From: a virus
Lineage: Duplodnaviria > Caudoviricetes
Length of the DNA: 64,000 bases
IMG/VR virus record: IMGVR_UViG_3300006789_000019
Location: 1,461-65,460 of that record
Strand: one strand, 5' to 3'
The translations under genes and the position numbers were made by a program. Position 1 is the first letter of the stretch. Every line of letters starts with the position of its first letter. Below the pieces are notes generated by a model. The model saw nothing but the letters and a program-made list of their open reading frames with translations. It was not told where the DNA came from and did no database searches. Below are positions 36,840 through 47,322 of the stretch, one piece after another.

Positions 36840-37577
36840 TTATTTAGCGAGATTTGAATAGTCCATTCCAACCAGGTACCCATCTTCTACTAAAAAATAG
36901 TCATTGGAAATATATTTAAAATAATTAGTAATGTAAGTATAAACTTCATCGTAATTAACGATGACGTCGGATTTGCTGGGTGTCTTCTTGATTGTTATTT
37001 TATCTGCTGTGTCGACGATATCAATATCTAATTGAAGTTTATCTAAGTCTGTGATTTCGTTGAATGTTAAATCTTCAAAAAATACTATTTCGTTAACAGA
37101 GACATGGTGTATATTATTAATAAATTCATATAAATGGTAATACAAGATGTTATCACATACTTCTCTCATTACTATATCAGTTATAGTGACTTGTTCATAT
37201 GTATATGGATAATTCCATACTTTAGTAGTTCTACCTATCATTTGACTTAACGCGGATTGAATTAAGTTTCGTCGAGTTAATGCTATGACATAATCAGGTA
37301 TATTGATCATGTCATGGATTTCCTTTTGATAGTTACACAGCATTCTCTTTTCGCTAATATCTGTTGGATGGATTTTCCATATAATATTATTTAATTGTTC
37401 AGTTTGTATGTTGCTTTCTTGTTGTATAACTTTATATTCCGCTAATGTATTATCTGTATATTGCCTGAAATCAAATGGTACATTATGCCATGTATACTTA
37501 GTATAGTTATTAAAGCAACTATGGAGGTAATTACTACCACTTCTTGTAGTTGCATATAGCATTATCTTATTAATCAT
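36840..37577 (-). CDS. Stf0-like sulfotransferase (tandem copy 4)
   Basis: RSGSNYL, WKIHP, TRRNL..S..S, FEDL. Confidence 0.7.
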   Translation of the reverse strand: MINKIMLYATTRSGSNYLHSCFNNYTKYTWHNVPFDFRQYTDNTLAEYKVIQQESNIQTEQLNNIIWKIHPTDISEKRMLCNYQKEIHDMINIPDYVIALTRRNLIQSALSQMIGRTTKVWNYPYTYEQVTITDIVMREVCDNILYYHLYEFINNIHHVSVNEIVFFEDLTFNEITDLDKLQLDIDIVDTADKITIKKTPSKSDVIVNYDEVYTYITNYFKYISNDYFLVEDGYLVGMDYSNLAK

Positions 37578-38349
37578 TGAACAGATTCCTATCGTTATAT
37601 GTTTCGATATTGTATCCGTTTAACGTAATAAAGCAATTGGGCGGAATTTGATTAAAGACGCCGACGGCTATATTTTCTAACTCTGCGTAATTTTTAATAA
37701 TATTTTGTTTTGATGGTGCTTTCGTCATACGATTAATCATCATGTCATGTCGCGGCTCGAAGTTGACTAACTCTATATCGAAGTCTTTACACAATGATAG
37801 GCTTGCGAATCTATCTTCATCTGTGTCTAATGAGAATAAGTCTTCGTATACGACTAGTTCATTGAATGGAATGTAATAGTTATTTTGCAGTGTTAAGTAT
37901 TGTGATATGTATGCTACATGGCATTGTTGTTTGAATGCGACAGGGTCAACTGTGATGGTATCAGTTGGGTAAGGATGTATCCATGCTTTAGTATGTATGC
38001 TATAGGCTAGGCTTATAGCGACATCGAATAGGTTTCGTCTGATAACTGCGATGGCATAATCAGGTATAGTAATAAATTGTTGGAAGAAGGTGGTTTCTCT
38101 ATCATGTGAGATATAGTAATCTTCAAGATCATCCATTGGCTTGGCATGCATTTTTAATACATAGTTCTCATTGGAATTTAATTCAGATATAAGATCGTCT
38201 AGGTACGTATCTCTACTATCTATATCACAAGGCAGGTTGCGTTCATTAATAGGTTCAGCGTATGTTCTATTACCATTTGTGTATACCACTAACAGATTAG
38301 TAAGATAAGTCGTGCCTGATCGGGGGCTGCCATATACAAGGACTTTCAT
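37570..38349 (-). CDS. Stf0-like sulfotransferase (tandem copy 3)
   Basis: PRSGTTYL, EP, LKMH, RRNL....S, YEDL. Confidence 0.75.
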   Translation of the reverse strand: MKVLVYGSPRSGTTYLTNLLVVYTNGNRTYAEPINERNLPCDIDSRDTYLDDLISELNSNENYVLKMHAKPMDDLEDYYISHDRETTFFQQFITIPDYAIAVIRRNLFDVAISLAYSIHTKAWIHPYPTDTITVDPVAFKQQCHVAYISQYLTLQNNYYIPFNELVVYEDLFSLDTDEDRFASLSLCKDFDIELVNFEPRHDMMINRMTKAPSKQNIIKNYAELENIAVGVFNQIPPNCFITLNGYNIETYNDRNLFND

Positions 38350-39089
38350 TAGAATTTTAACTCAATATCCGTAATCTTACCGTCTGATATATTAATCCAA
38401 TCAAGAGATACATCACGATAATACTCTGATACCATATCTTCCACTTGGTTATAATTATCCACTATAGCTTTTTTGTCTGGCGTTTTTTCATGGATTATTT
38501 TAACCGTATCTTGATTCGTCGGTGCTATATGGTCTAATCCCAGTAGTGTTATGTCGGTATCATTGAACTGCAAGTCTTCATAATATATCATAGTGTTGAC
38601 CTTTAGGTTATGTCTATTTCTGGCAAATTCATAAAGGCTACGATGCAATGTAAACTGACAGAAATGTTCCACTTTAAGTGGTAACACACTTATTTTATTA
38701 GTATTATACGGCGGTGTCCATGTATCTGTGGTTCGTGCTATTATTCTACTCATGGTACTTTGTATTAAATCTTTTCTGGTTAATCCTATGACATATGTTG
38801 GAATCTGACAGAATCGTTCTATATACGGATAATAATCACTTAATAGCTTATGATTGGCTAGTTGATTAGGATGTGTTTTCCATACAATATGTCGTGACTG
38901 TGATTCGATTGCTGCTATATGAGATTCTAGACGTGATTCAATATCAACTCCAGATTTAAATAATTGCTTCGTACGATCATTGTTGATAGGGCAGGTAAAG
39001 TAATCAACGTCCATGTTGTTATATATAGTATTATGTAAATAATTGCTACCAGTTCTACCAGTAGCATATATCATTATTTTTTCATTCAT
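38349..39089 (-). CDS. Stf0-like sulfotransferase (tandem copy 2)
   Basis: RTGSNYL, WKTHP, TRKDL..S..S, YEDL. Confidence 0.7.
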   Translation of the reverse strand: MNEKIMIYATGRTGSNYLHNTIYNNMDVDYFTCPINNDRTKQLFKSGVDIESRLESHIAAIESQSRHIVWKTHPNQLANHKLLSDYYPYIERFCQIPTYVIGLTRKDLIQSTMSRIIARTTDTWTPPYNTNKISVLPLKVEHFCQFTLHRSLYEFARNRHNLKVNTMIYYEDLQFNDTDITLLGLDHIAPTNQDTVKIIHEKTPDKKAIVDNYNQVEDMVSEYYRDVSLDWINISDGKITDIELKF

Positions 39090-39094
39090 TATAT

Positions 39095-39814
39095 TTAATC
39101 CATTGCAATAGCAGTTAGTATGCCATTCTTAATTATTAACCTATCGTTGGATATATTATCAAAGTATTCGGATGCAATATCGTATAAGTGCTCATAATTA
39201 CTTACTAATTCATGTTTTGCAGGTGCTGGTGACATATTCTTTTTTATCTTATTATAGATAGGTTCTTCGGTACTTAAATTCAGATATTTTAAATCATACC
39301 TAGGTATCTTAACTAAATCTTCAAAGAATATCAAGCGATCAATCTTAACATTATATACATTATCTATAAATGTATAGTAGTTCCCTAACACATGCTGACA
39401 CATATATTCAAAAAACTCTGTTCTAATACTGAATCTATCATAGTTCCACGGTGGTATCCAACAGTTATTAACTGCACTAATAGAATGACTGATCGTTACT
39501 TCTACTAAGTTTCGCCTAGTGATAGCCAATACGTAATCAGGTATAGTAATCATTTCGTGTATTTCAGATTGAAATGGCTTTAATCTATCAACTAACAATT
39601 CATTTGGATGCATTTTCCAAACAAGATTTGTAGAATTCCGTGCATATTGATTTGCCGCGGCTAGATATTTTCCATATATCTCATCACTTACATTATTATA
39701 CAATTCAGACCGATACGGATATTCCCACCATGTTAGATCAGTGTAATCATTTAATATACCATTGACATAGTTGCTACCACTGCGAGGTGTGGAATAAATC
39801 ATAATACGGGCCAT
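39095..39814 (-). CDS. Stf0-like sulfotransferase (tandem copy 1)
   Basis: PRSGSNYV, WKMHP, TRRNL....S, FEDL. Confidence 0.7.
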   Translation of the reverse strand: MARIMIYSTPRSGSNYVNGILNDYTDLTWWEYPYRSELYNNVSDEIYGKYLAAANQYARNSTNLVWKMHPNELLVDRLKPFQSEIHEMITIPDYVLAITRRNLVEVTISHSISAVNNCWIPPWNYDRFSIRTEFFEYMCQHVLGNYYTFIDNVYNVKIDRLIFFEDLVKIPRYDLKYLNLSTEEPIYNKIKKNMSPAPAKHELVSNYEHLYDIASEYFDNISNDRLIIKNGILTAIAMD

Positions 39815-39819
39815 GTATG

Positions 39820-39840
39820 TATTTATACTAAGGATAAATA
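39820..39840. promoter_or_regulatory. back-to-back late-type promoters (TATAAATA minus 39820-39827; GATAAATA plus 39833-39840)
   Basis: Sits at the divergence point between 39814(-) and 39872(+). Confidence 0.7.
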
Positions 39841-39871
39841 CCTTATATTAAACAATTTAGGAGAATTAAAA

Positions 39872-41110
39872 TTGAATAACATAGGCTTTATAGGCATTGG
39901 TAAATTAGGCATGCCATGTGCTGAGGGCATTGCAAAAAAAGGACACATAGTCAAAGGATATGATGTAGCTAATGTGTCAAGTGAGTTGGTTAACGTAGTT
40001 GATACTATCAAAGAAGTAACTTACGATAGTGATATTGTATTCATTGCTGTTCCAACTCCACATGATCCAGATTATGATGGGAGTGGACCCACTGCACATT
40101 TAAATCCAAAAGACTTTGATTATAGCATTGTTAAAGAATGTATAATGGAAGCTGACAAACATATGAATAAAAACCAATTATTAGTTTTAATTTCTACAGT
40201 GTTACCTGGCACTACTCGCAGTCAATTTGTCGATTTAATTCACAATGCACGATTTGTTTACAATCCATATCTTATTGCTATGGGTTCTGTGGCATGGGAT
40301 ATGATTAATCCAGAAATGGTTATGGTTGGCACTGAAGATGGTTCAGAAACAGGTGCTGCTAAACAGCTAACTGACTTCTATAAAACTATTATGGAAAATG
40401 AACCTCGTTACATTGTCGGCACATGGGATGAGTGTGAATGTATTAAAGTATTTTATAATACATTTATTAGTGCTAAAGTAGGCCTTGTGAACATGATACA
40501 AGACGTTGCTGAAAAACAAGGCAATATCAATGTAGATATAGTAACTGAAGCATTAGCCAAATCTACAATGCGTATCATGGGACCACAATACATGACTGCT
40601 GGAATGGGAGACGGTGGTGCTTGTCACCCACGTGATAACATTGCACTACGTTATATGGCAAATCAATTAGACTTAGGATATGATTTATTTGATTCTATTA
40701 TGAATGCACGAGAAATTCAAGCAGAAAATATAGCACTTCGTTTAATTCATCTGGCCACAGAACACAAACTTCCTATTTACATCCACGGCAAAGCATACAA
40801 GCCAGGTGTTCCATACATAAATGGAAGTTATAGTATGTTAATTGCGCACTACATTGAGGCTAGTGGATTTAATGTTGAGTATATAGATCCATTAACAGAA
40901 TCTACTACACCAGATTCAATAAAGGGCGTGGTGTTATTAGCGCATAGTGCAAGTACAACATACAAGTACATGCAACAAGGCGGTGCCAGCACAGATATAA
41001 CTTATTGCACATTTGAGGATGGCAGTATAATAGTTGATCCATGGCGCAAATTTGAAAAGGCTGGTTGTACAGTTATTCACTACGGCAACACCCGAGGCAA
41101 AAAATGCTAA
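39872..41110 (+). CDS. ugd: UDP-glucose/GDP-mannose 6-dehydrogenase (full length)
   Basis: GIGKLG, AVPTP, ISTVLPG, YNP, KVFYN, GGACHPRD, G.AYKP. Confidence 0.9.
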   Translation: MNNIGFIGIGKLGMPCAEGIAKKGHIVKGYDVANVSSELVNVVDTIKEVTYDSDIVFIAVPTPHDPDYDGSGPTAHLNPKDFDYSIVKECIMEADKHMNKNQLLVLISTVLPGTTRSQFVDLIHNARFVYNPYLIAMGSVAWDMINPEMVMVGTEDGSETGAAKQLTDFYKTIMENEPRYIVGTWDECECIKVFYNTFISAKVGLVNMIQDVAEKQGNINVDIVTEALAKSTMRIMGPQYMTAGMGDGGACHPRDNIALRYMANQLDLGYDLFDSIMNAREIQAENIALRLIHLATEHKLPIYIHGKAYKPGVPYINGSYSMLIAHYIEASGFNVEYIDPLTESTTPDSIKGVVLLAHSASTTYKYMQQGGASTDITYCTFEDGSIIVDPWRKFEKAGCTVIHYGNTRGKKC

Positions 41111-41139
41111 CCATTGCTCGCTCGTGCTAGTAGATTTCT

Positions 41140-42504
41140 TTAATGATGGCTAGCAAACTTTAGCTTTGAACCTTTGTACACCGGCTCGTGTAGTGTATTA
41201 TATTTAAACGATGCGTTTTGTAATTTGGCTAAGTTTTGCTGATTACGTGGCAACATTTCAAAACGCCAGTTTTGCCAAGTTTTATGTGGTATTGCGCTTA
41301 GTCGTTCAACTTCATTAAACAATGCAATCATACGTTCCATATGATCTTTTATCTCATCATAGCTGTGGTTTAAGTAATCATCAAACACATCATAACCTAA
41401 GTCGCGCATAGCTTGAATTGCTCCTGGCTCTGCTGCTACTACAAATGGCTGTAACATCATTATAGGTTTAAATATTTTTTCACTTTGAAATATAGTTTTT
41501 TGATAATAGTTTGTTTCTGCTACTAAACTAAAATAACTTTCGTCGTATGCTTGTAGAATAGCGTTCTCATAGTTAGTAGCTTGGTTAATGTGTAGATTCA
41601 AACCCTCCTCTTGTATGATATTCTTTTCGCCATGCTCGTGTACAAAGTTTTCCAAGAGTTCATATGGCACGCCAAAGATTTGACTTGTGCCGGCTACTAT
41701 GTTTTCCACTTGTTCTGGTATGCGGTTTACTACGTCTGGCGCATTGTCGCCGTGATGTGTCACAATACCAAAGCTGTAGTTAATAGCAGATTGTAGCTTT
41801 CTATCATTGATTAGTTTTGCAATCATAATACGATGTGGACGCATAAGTCTGTTTAGTGCTATCCCTTTAAACGGACGCTGCAAACGATTTGCGCAATGCT
41901 CATACATGCGTTTTTGCCAAAGATCGCGTATGTTAGTATATCGCATCATACTGCGTTCCCAACTGTTGCGATATACTGTTGGAATACGATCATTTAGTGA
42001 TAGGCTGAAATCACCTGTTACAAAAATAAAGTTTTCAGGCTTTAGCTTTGTACGTTCGTAAAATACGTCCCAGTCAAAATTTTTGACTGGGAAACCTTCC
42101 AAGCTGTTGTCTAAGACAATTTTACAACGTCCATTATCTACGTCTTCTGCTACATCATCTGGAAGTTGCCAAGTCATATAACCACTGTCACGTCTAAACG
42201 CACTACAGAAGAAATCTAATTGTCCCAAACGGTTAGTATCTAAGTTTACATAATAAAAGTATGCACCTGTTGGACGTTCATTGGTAATATAATAATTAAG
42301 CTGTTTTGCATTATCTTCAATGTAGCCAGTGTCTGTACTAGTAAACTGGTGTGTTTGAAAGAAACCACACCAGTTACTATCTTGGTATTGAAGTTCTTTG
42401 TTAAATGGCCAGTTATCAACACCAATGCCATATCCATGCACAGCTGGGCGTTTATAGTCTGGAAAATAAAATTTGTAGCTATAATCAAACATTGTTTTCT
42501 CCAT
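41140..42504 (-). CDS. putative glycosyltransferase-like protein; paralogue of 49178..50569
   Basis: LNR..R.HR, FSLVAET, SEKIFKPI, PF, G..F...SYD.I.D..ER. Likely start MFDY at 42492. Confidence 0.6.
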   Translation of the reverse strand: MEKTMFDYSYKFYFPDYKRPAVHGYGIGVDNWPFNKELQYQDSNWCGFFQTHQFTSTDTGYIEDNAKQLNYYITNERPTGAYFYYVNLDTNRLGQLDFFCSAFRRDSGYMTWQLPDDVAEDVDNGRCKIVLDNSLEGFPVKNFDWDVFYERTKLKPENFIFVTGDFSLSLNDRIPTVYRNSWERSMMRYTNIRDLWQKRMYEHCANRLQRPFKGIALNRLMRPHRIMIAKLINDRKLQSAINYSFGIVTHHGDNAPDVVNRIPEQVENIVAGTSQIFGVPYELLENFVHEHGEKNIIQEEGLNLHINQATNYENAILQAYDESYFSLVAETNYYQKTIFQSEKIFKPIMMLQPFVVAAEPGAIQAMRDLGYDVFDDYLNHSYDEIKDHMERMIALFNEVERLSAIPHKTWQNWRFEMLPRNQQNLAKLQNASFKYNTLHEPVYKGSKLKFASHH

Positions 42505-42505
42505 A

Positions 42506-42531
42506 GATAAATACTATTATAATTATTTATC
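42506..42531. promoter_or_regulatory. face-to-face late-type promoters GATAAATA-N10-TATTTATC
   Basis: Divergence point between 42504(-) and 42547(+). Confidence 0.7.
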
Positions 42532-42546
42532 CAAGAGGTTCACTTA

Positions 42547-43401
42547 ATGATTTTACTAACTGGCGCTGACGGCTTTATAGGTCGTAGTTTAACACGTAGC
42601 TTGGGAAACGTTATTACAGTAGATAGAGCAGGATGTGATTACAATGGTGACTTAGCTGACACAGAGTTTGTAAACAGTTTACCTGATGATGTTACTGTAG
42701 TAATACACCTAGCTGCTTTTAATAGTACTCAAAACTTTTATAGCACACCTTTCACAGTGTTGTCAAGTATTGTTACACCAACAATGAACTTGTTAAATCG
42801 TTATCCCAACGCACACTGGGTGTATGCTGGCACTAGCGAAGAATATGCTAGTACTGTTAATCAAGGATGGGCACCAGTGCCTACTCCAGAAAACGTTGTA
42901 CTAAGCATTGAAGATATTACCAACCCACGTTGGTGTTATGCTGCTGGTAAGATAGCTATGGAAAGTGCTGTAATAAGTCACAGCGTAGAGCATGGCAACA
43001 CTTATACTATTGTACGTTACCACAATGTGTTTGGCGCGGATCAAGTGCTACACTTTATTCCAGAGTTTGCTGAACGTGTTGTTAAAGGTGATGGCCGTGT
43101 ATGGGGTGCTAGTGAAACACGTAGCTTCTGTTATATTGATGACGCTGTTAACTTAACCAAAGCTGCTATGTACGAAAAGAATCAAATTATTAATATTGGT
43201 TCACCATTTGAATTAACCATTATGGACATGGCTGAGCGTATTGTAAACATCATTGGATGTAACACAGAACTAACCGAAGAACAGTCAAAGCCAGGTAGTA
43301 CCGCACGCCGTGCTCCAGACTTATCTAAGATTAAGAGTATTGTAGGAGACTACACTTGGACAGACGTAGACACAGGTTTACGCAAGACATTAGGAAAATA
43401 A
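42547..43401 (+). CDS. NAD-dependent nucleotide-sugar epimerase/dehydratase
   Basis: TGADGFIG, HLAA, TSE.Y, YAAGK, R.HNVFG, TRSFCYIDD. Confidence 0.92.
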   Translation: MILLTGADGFIGRSLTRSLGNVITVDRAGCDYNGDLADTEFVNSLPDDVTVVIHLAAFNSTQNFYSTPFTVLSSIVTPTMNLLNRYPNAHWVYAGTSEEYASTVNQGWAPVPTPENVVLSIEDITNPRWCYAAGKIAMESAVISHSVEHGNTYTIVRYHNVFGADQVLHFIPEFAERVVKGDGRVWGASETRSFCYIDDAVNLTKAAMYEKNQIINIGSPFELTIMDMAERIVNIIGCNTELTEEQSKPGSTARRAPDLSKIKSIVGDYTWTDVDTGLRKTLGK

Positions 43402-43402
43402 T

Positions 43403-43930
43403 ATGCTACTAACAAGTGAAAACATGATTGGCAAAAAACCACCTTTCTTCCATTCAATGGAACCAGGCAAGATAAATATTGTTATGATTATCTGTAACCA
43501 TTGTCCTTATGTGCTGTTTCGCATGCCAGCTATTAGCCAGTTTGTACGCGACTACAAAGACATAGTAAAAATTACTGCTGTTAACAGTAACGATCATACA
43601 CCGGATACCGCAGACAGTAAACTAGAAGACGCTCCAGAGTATATGCCACAGTTTCAAAATAAATTCGATTTACAATGTGACTATTATTACGATGCTGACC
43701 AAACAGTGGCACGTGATTGGGGTGCTGTATGTACTCCAGAGTTTTACATCACAAACAAAGAGGGCGCAGTAGTATATCACGGTGAGTTTGACCCATCGCA
43801 TACAAGCAATGATTTGATGCCAACTGGTAGCAGTCTACGTCATGCATTAGATTTAACATTAGCAGGCAAGTCAATTGATTGGGAACCAAACCCATCATTT
43901 GGTTGCAGTGTAAAGTGGAAGCAAGGATGA
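43403..43930 (+). CDS. thioredoxin-fold (AhpC/redoxin-like) protein
   Basis: ICNHCPYV, NSND, GA.CTPEF, Y.G..D, GCS.KWK. Confidence 0.85.
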   Translation: MLLTSENMIGKKPPFFHSMEPGKINIVMIICNHCPYVLFRMPAISQFVRDYKDIVKITAVNSNDHTPDTADSKLEDAPEYMPQFQNKFDLQCDYYYDADQTVARDWGAVCTPEFYITNKEGAVVYHGEFDPSHTSNDLMPTGSSLRHALDLTLAGKSIDWEPNPSFGCSVKWKQG

Positions 43931-44718
43931 AAATAGGAATAGTAGGATTAGGAGTAGTAGGCAAAGCATGTAAGACAGGCTTTGAACATTGTGGGTACAC
44001 AGTTATACCACATGACATTACACTTGACACAAAGATAGAAGATTTGTTAGAAGCAGAGATTGTGTATCTATGTGTTCCTACACCAACAAACGACAACGGT
44101 GAATGCGACACAAGTATTGTAGAAAGTGTTGTTGCTGAATTACGTCACGCAAACTATGAAGGCGTAATAGGTATTAAGTCAACAGTAGAACCTGGCACAA
44201 CTGAAAGATTAGTAGAACAGTACGATGATAGAATTGTATTTGTTCCAGAATTCTTAAAAGAACGAAGTGCAGAGTATGACTTTATATTTAACCACAAGTT
44301 GTTGTTAGTTGGAACAGATAACGTAAACTATTACTATCTAGTACAACGTTCACATGGTAAACTACCAGAAGACATTATGAGAGTTTCACCAACAGAAGCA
44401 GAACTTATGAAGTATTATCACAATACATTCAATGCGTTACGTGTAGTATTCTCTAATGTAATGTTTGAGATAAGTGATAAAATGGGTGCTGACTATGATA
44501 CAATTAAAGAAGCATTCTTACGTAACAGTGATTTACCAGATGAATACTTGGATGTCAAACCTGAATTAAGAGGATATGGTGGTGCTTGTTTGCCCAAGGA
44601 TGTACTAGCGATGAACAATGCATGTAATAAACTAGGAATACCAAATAAACTATTTGAGTATATTGATAAAGAAAATAAACTGTTTAAGAAAACAGTATTC
44701 AAGGGTATGCGGTTATGA
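43927..44718 (+). CDS. short-form UDP-glucose/GDP-mannose dehydrogenase (start revised to MKIGIVG)
   Basis: GLGVVG, CVPTP, KSTVEPG, PEFLKE, KY..N, GYGGACLPKD. Confidence 0.88.
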   Translation: MKIGIVGLGVVGKACKTGFEHCGYTVIPHDITLDTKIEDLLEAEIVYLCVPTPTNDNGECDTSIVESVVAELRHANYEGVIGIKSTVEPGTTERLVEQYDDRIVFVPEFLKERSAEYDFIFNHKLLLVGTDNVNYYYLVQRSHGKLPEDIMRVSPTEAELMKYYHNTFNALRVVFSNVMFEISDKMGADYDTIKEAFLRNSDLPDEYLDVKPELRGYGGACLPKDVLAMNNACNKLGIPNKLFEYIDKENKLFKKTVFKGMRL

Positions 44719-45284
44719 CACAAACTCATCTTGTTAGTGGACACTTTACAGACAGGCGATTAGAGTACTGTATCGATCCAGGGCGCAGTATTATTGTAGG
44801 CAGTGACATTTGTGCTCCGGGGTATTGGGACAATCCAGAATACAACAACCACATCAGTTACTGTGTTAAACAGTTCTTAGAATTTTGGTGGAGTCAACCT
44901 GTGTTTCGCAAAATTGCAGATTCAAACCCAATCTTGATGTACAAGCTCGGAAAGAAAGCAAAACCGCATCCTGCTATAGAAGATTTAAGAAAAAATCACG
45001 GCGTGCCTGTAGAATGGACATCTATTGCCGAAACTCCGACGTACAATCATCACGGTTATAATGCGTATCGTCATGCGTTTGTTTGGGGAATACACAGTGA
45101 AATATGTGTTGCCAATCACGTAAATGCTTTGGCTAGCCTGGATGCTCGTACCAAAGCTGTATATATGGATCGTGCTATAGTACCACTAAACACTGTTACA
45201 GGAGCTTCAAATGTATATGGACACGCTAGACATCACCCGCAAGTGGACGTATTAAATATTAGAAACTGTGAGATAGTCACGTGA
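44715..45284 (+). CDS. hypothetical protein, possibly isochorismatase/cysteine-hydrolase-like
   Basis: ATGA coupling; GIHSEICV resembles G..T..CV. Confidence 0.55.
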   Translation: MTQTHLVSGHFTDRRLEYCIDPGRSIIVGSDICAPGYWDNPEYNNHISYCVKQFLEFWWSQPVFRKIADSNPILMYKLGKKAKPHPAIEDLRKNHGVPVEWTSIAETPTYNHHGYNAYRHAFVWGIHSEICVANHVNALASLDARTKAVYMDRAIVPLNTVTGASNVYGHARHHPQVDVLNIRNCEIVT

Positions 45285-46120
45285 AACAGAATGTAATGGT
45301 ATTTTCACAAACACGCAGCGGAAGTACTGCTCTTGTCAGTATGCTCATTGATTATAAGAGAGTTTATCATCCTTATATAAACGAATGTAAAAAAGAATAT
45401 TTGGATGTCGTGGATAGATTTTATCCCCGTGTCGCCGACGGCGGCACTATGTGGACAGAAACAGTAGACCGTCATTATGAGTCAGGCAATTGGGAGTGGC
45501 TAAACAGTTACTATCAAAGTGTGGACCACAGTGATTGTCATTTTCAATATCCTGTGCTAAAAGCAGACACAATTGAAGCACTTACAGTGCCTTGGCATCA
45601 ACGAGAACTGTTGCACAATCACAGTACAGTCAATGAACAACAACGTCGAATCAAATTACTGCAACAATGTAAGCCCTGGGTGATAAAGATACTAGATTAT
45701 CAAATACAAGATTTAAGCTGGATTGACCGAACAAACACTACTGTAATTGTGTTAGTAAGAAACAACATCCTAGACCGAGCTGCAAGTTTAAAACGCAATC
45801 AAATCACTGGTGTGTGTCACGGCACAGATACCAGCAGTGTTGTAGTTGATGATCTTGTGTCGTTGGCAGATGTACAAAAATATATTGAGTTGGCTGAAGT
45901 TTTCAAACAACGTGCAATTGCACTGCAACCAGATGCTGTTGTTAGCTACGAATGGTGCGAAAAGTTTTTGTTTAGTCATAGCAAAATGACAAAGCTAAAT
46001 CTACAGCCTGTTGAGGACTTCATAGCTGACTACGATCAAGCAGTTGAACTAGTGAAGAACAGCAGCAATCACCAATTGGAACTGTTTAATGAAAAACTTG
46101 TATTGGATATTATAAAATGA
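45281..46120 (+). CDS. Stf0-like sulfotransferase
   Basis: TRSGST, VIKIL, LVRNN......S, YE. Confidence 0.7.
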   Translation: MKQNVMVFSQTRSGSTALVSMLIDYKRVYHPYINECKKEYLDVVDRFYPRVADGGTMWTETVDRHYESGNWEWLNSYYQSVDHSDCHFQYPVLKADTIEALTVPWHQRELLHNHSTVNEQQRRIKLLQQCKPWVIKILDYQIQDLSWIDRTNTTVIVLVRNNILDRAASLKRNQITGVCHGTDTSSVVVDDLVSLADVQKYIELAEVFKQRAIALQPDAVVSYEWCEKFLFSHSKMTKLNLQPVEDFIADYDQAVELVKNSSNHQLELFNEKLVLDIIK

Positions 46121-46908
46121 TTCACATTCCAATGGATACCAATGAGTTTTGGCCTGCTTTAAGACCAACTGAGTTAGCGGATGTTGAATACTTAGTAAGC
46201 AAAAATCATAGAAACGAATCTATGGACTTTTCTCACCAACGTGATATCGGATTTGGAGTTTTTTGTAAAAATAACAGATGGGGATTCAGGGACGATAACC
46301 TTAGACTGCATAGACACAAAGAGTTTGACAAATGCTATAAAGTAGCAATCTACGGATGTAGCTTTGCGTTTGGAGCAAACATACCCGACACAGAAACTTT
46401 AGCCGGTCACCTTGAAAAACAAATAGATGACTGTGTGGTTTACAATTTTGCTGAGCCTGGTGCATCCAACGATGAAATTGTAAATAGACTATACTGTTAC
46501 AATGAAATAGTAAAGCCTGATCTTACTGTTATACTTTGGACACAACCCAGTAGAATATTGCAGTCTACAGTACTAGGCGGCAAACGTGGTTTTATCACAA
46601 GAGACACAGCAGCACTAACTACAATGGAGGCTTTGGAAATATGCGACGATGAAGAACTGCATAAATATAACTATCAAAAGAATCTTTTGATGGCAAGGTT
46701 GCTAACAAATGATAGAACTGTGGTTTGTTCATCTTGGACACAATTCATCGAAGATTTGAAATCACAAGACTTGTATCATTTTGAATATCCAATATCATTA
46801 TTACACAAACGAATAGACAACAGAACAATACAAAGCTCAGATAAAGCACACCCTGATGGTGTTGTTAATGCCGAAGTTGTTCGACGAGTATTAAAATGCA
46901 TAAAGTAA
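46117..46908 (+). CDS. SGNH/GDSL hydrolase-like protein
   Basis: N..GFRD, GCSF.FG, N.A.PG.SND, D..HP. Confidence 0.7.
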   Translation: MIHIPMDTNEFWPALRPTELADVEYLVSKNHRNESMDFSHQRDIGFGVFCKNNRWGFRDDNLRLHRHKEFDKCYKVAIYGCSFAFGANIPDTETLAGHLEKQIDDCVVYNFAEPGASNDEIVNRLYCYNEIVKPDLTVILWTQPSRILQSTVLGGKRGFITRDTAALTTMEALEICDDEELHKYNYQKNLLMARLLTNDRTVVCSSWTQFIEDLKSQDLYHFEYPISLLHKRIDNRTIQSSDKAHPDGVVNAEVVRRVLKCIK

Positions 46909-47270
46909 AATTTTTAGAAGCTGACTTGTTTGAAGATCACAGAGGAACTATTCGTAGTTTTTATCCTGATGAAAATATTGTAGAATACAATCTTATGATC
47001 ACAAAACAAGGAGACGCCAGAGGATATCATTACCATCCGCACTTTGTAGAGTATATGCTCATTGTTGACGGAGAGTGCTTGTTCAAAGAGTACGGCGATA
47101 CAGTGTATGAAAAAACACTCACAGTGGGTGATAGTATACGAATACCAATTGGCGTAGCACATACATTTATTGCACTAACAGATTTTAAGTTTGTTAGTAT
47201 GTTAACACAACGTTGGAACGATAGCAATCCTCCTATTGTTAAAATAGACGAAAACAGTAACCCATTATGA
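46896..47270 (+). CDS. cupin, sugar 3,4-ketoisomerase/3,5-epimerase-like
   Basis: D.RG.I, RGYHYH, IP.GVAH.F. Confidence 0.75.
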   Translation: MHKVKFLEADLFEDHRGTIRSFYPDENIVEYNLMITKQGDARGYHYHPHFVEYMLIVDGECLFKEYGDTVYEKTLTVGDSIRIPIGVAHTFIALTDFKFVSMLTQRWNDSNPPIVKIDENSNPL

Positions 47271-47322
47271 AAAAGAATATCTTCTTGCAAGCCGAACTAT
47301 ATCTAAAGGAGCTAGGACTATT

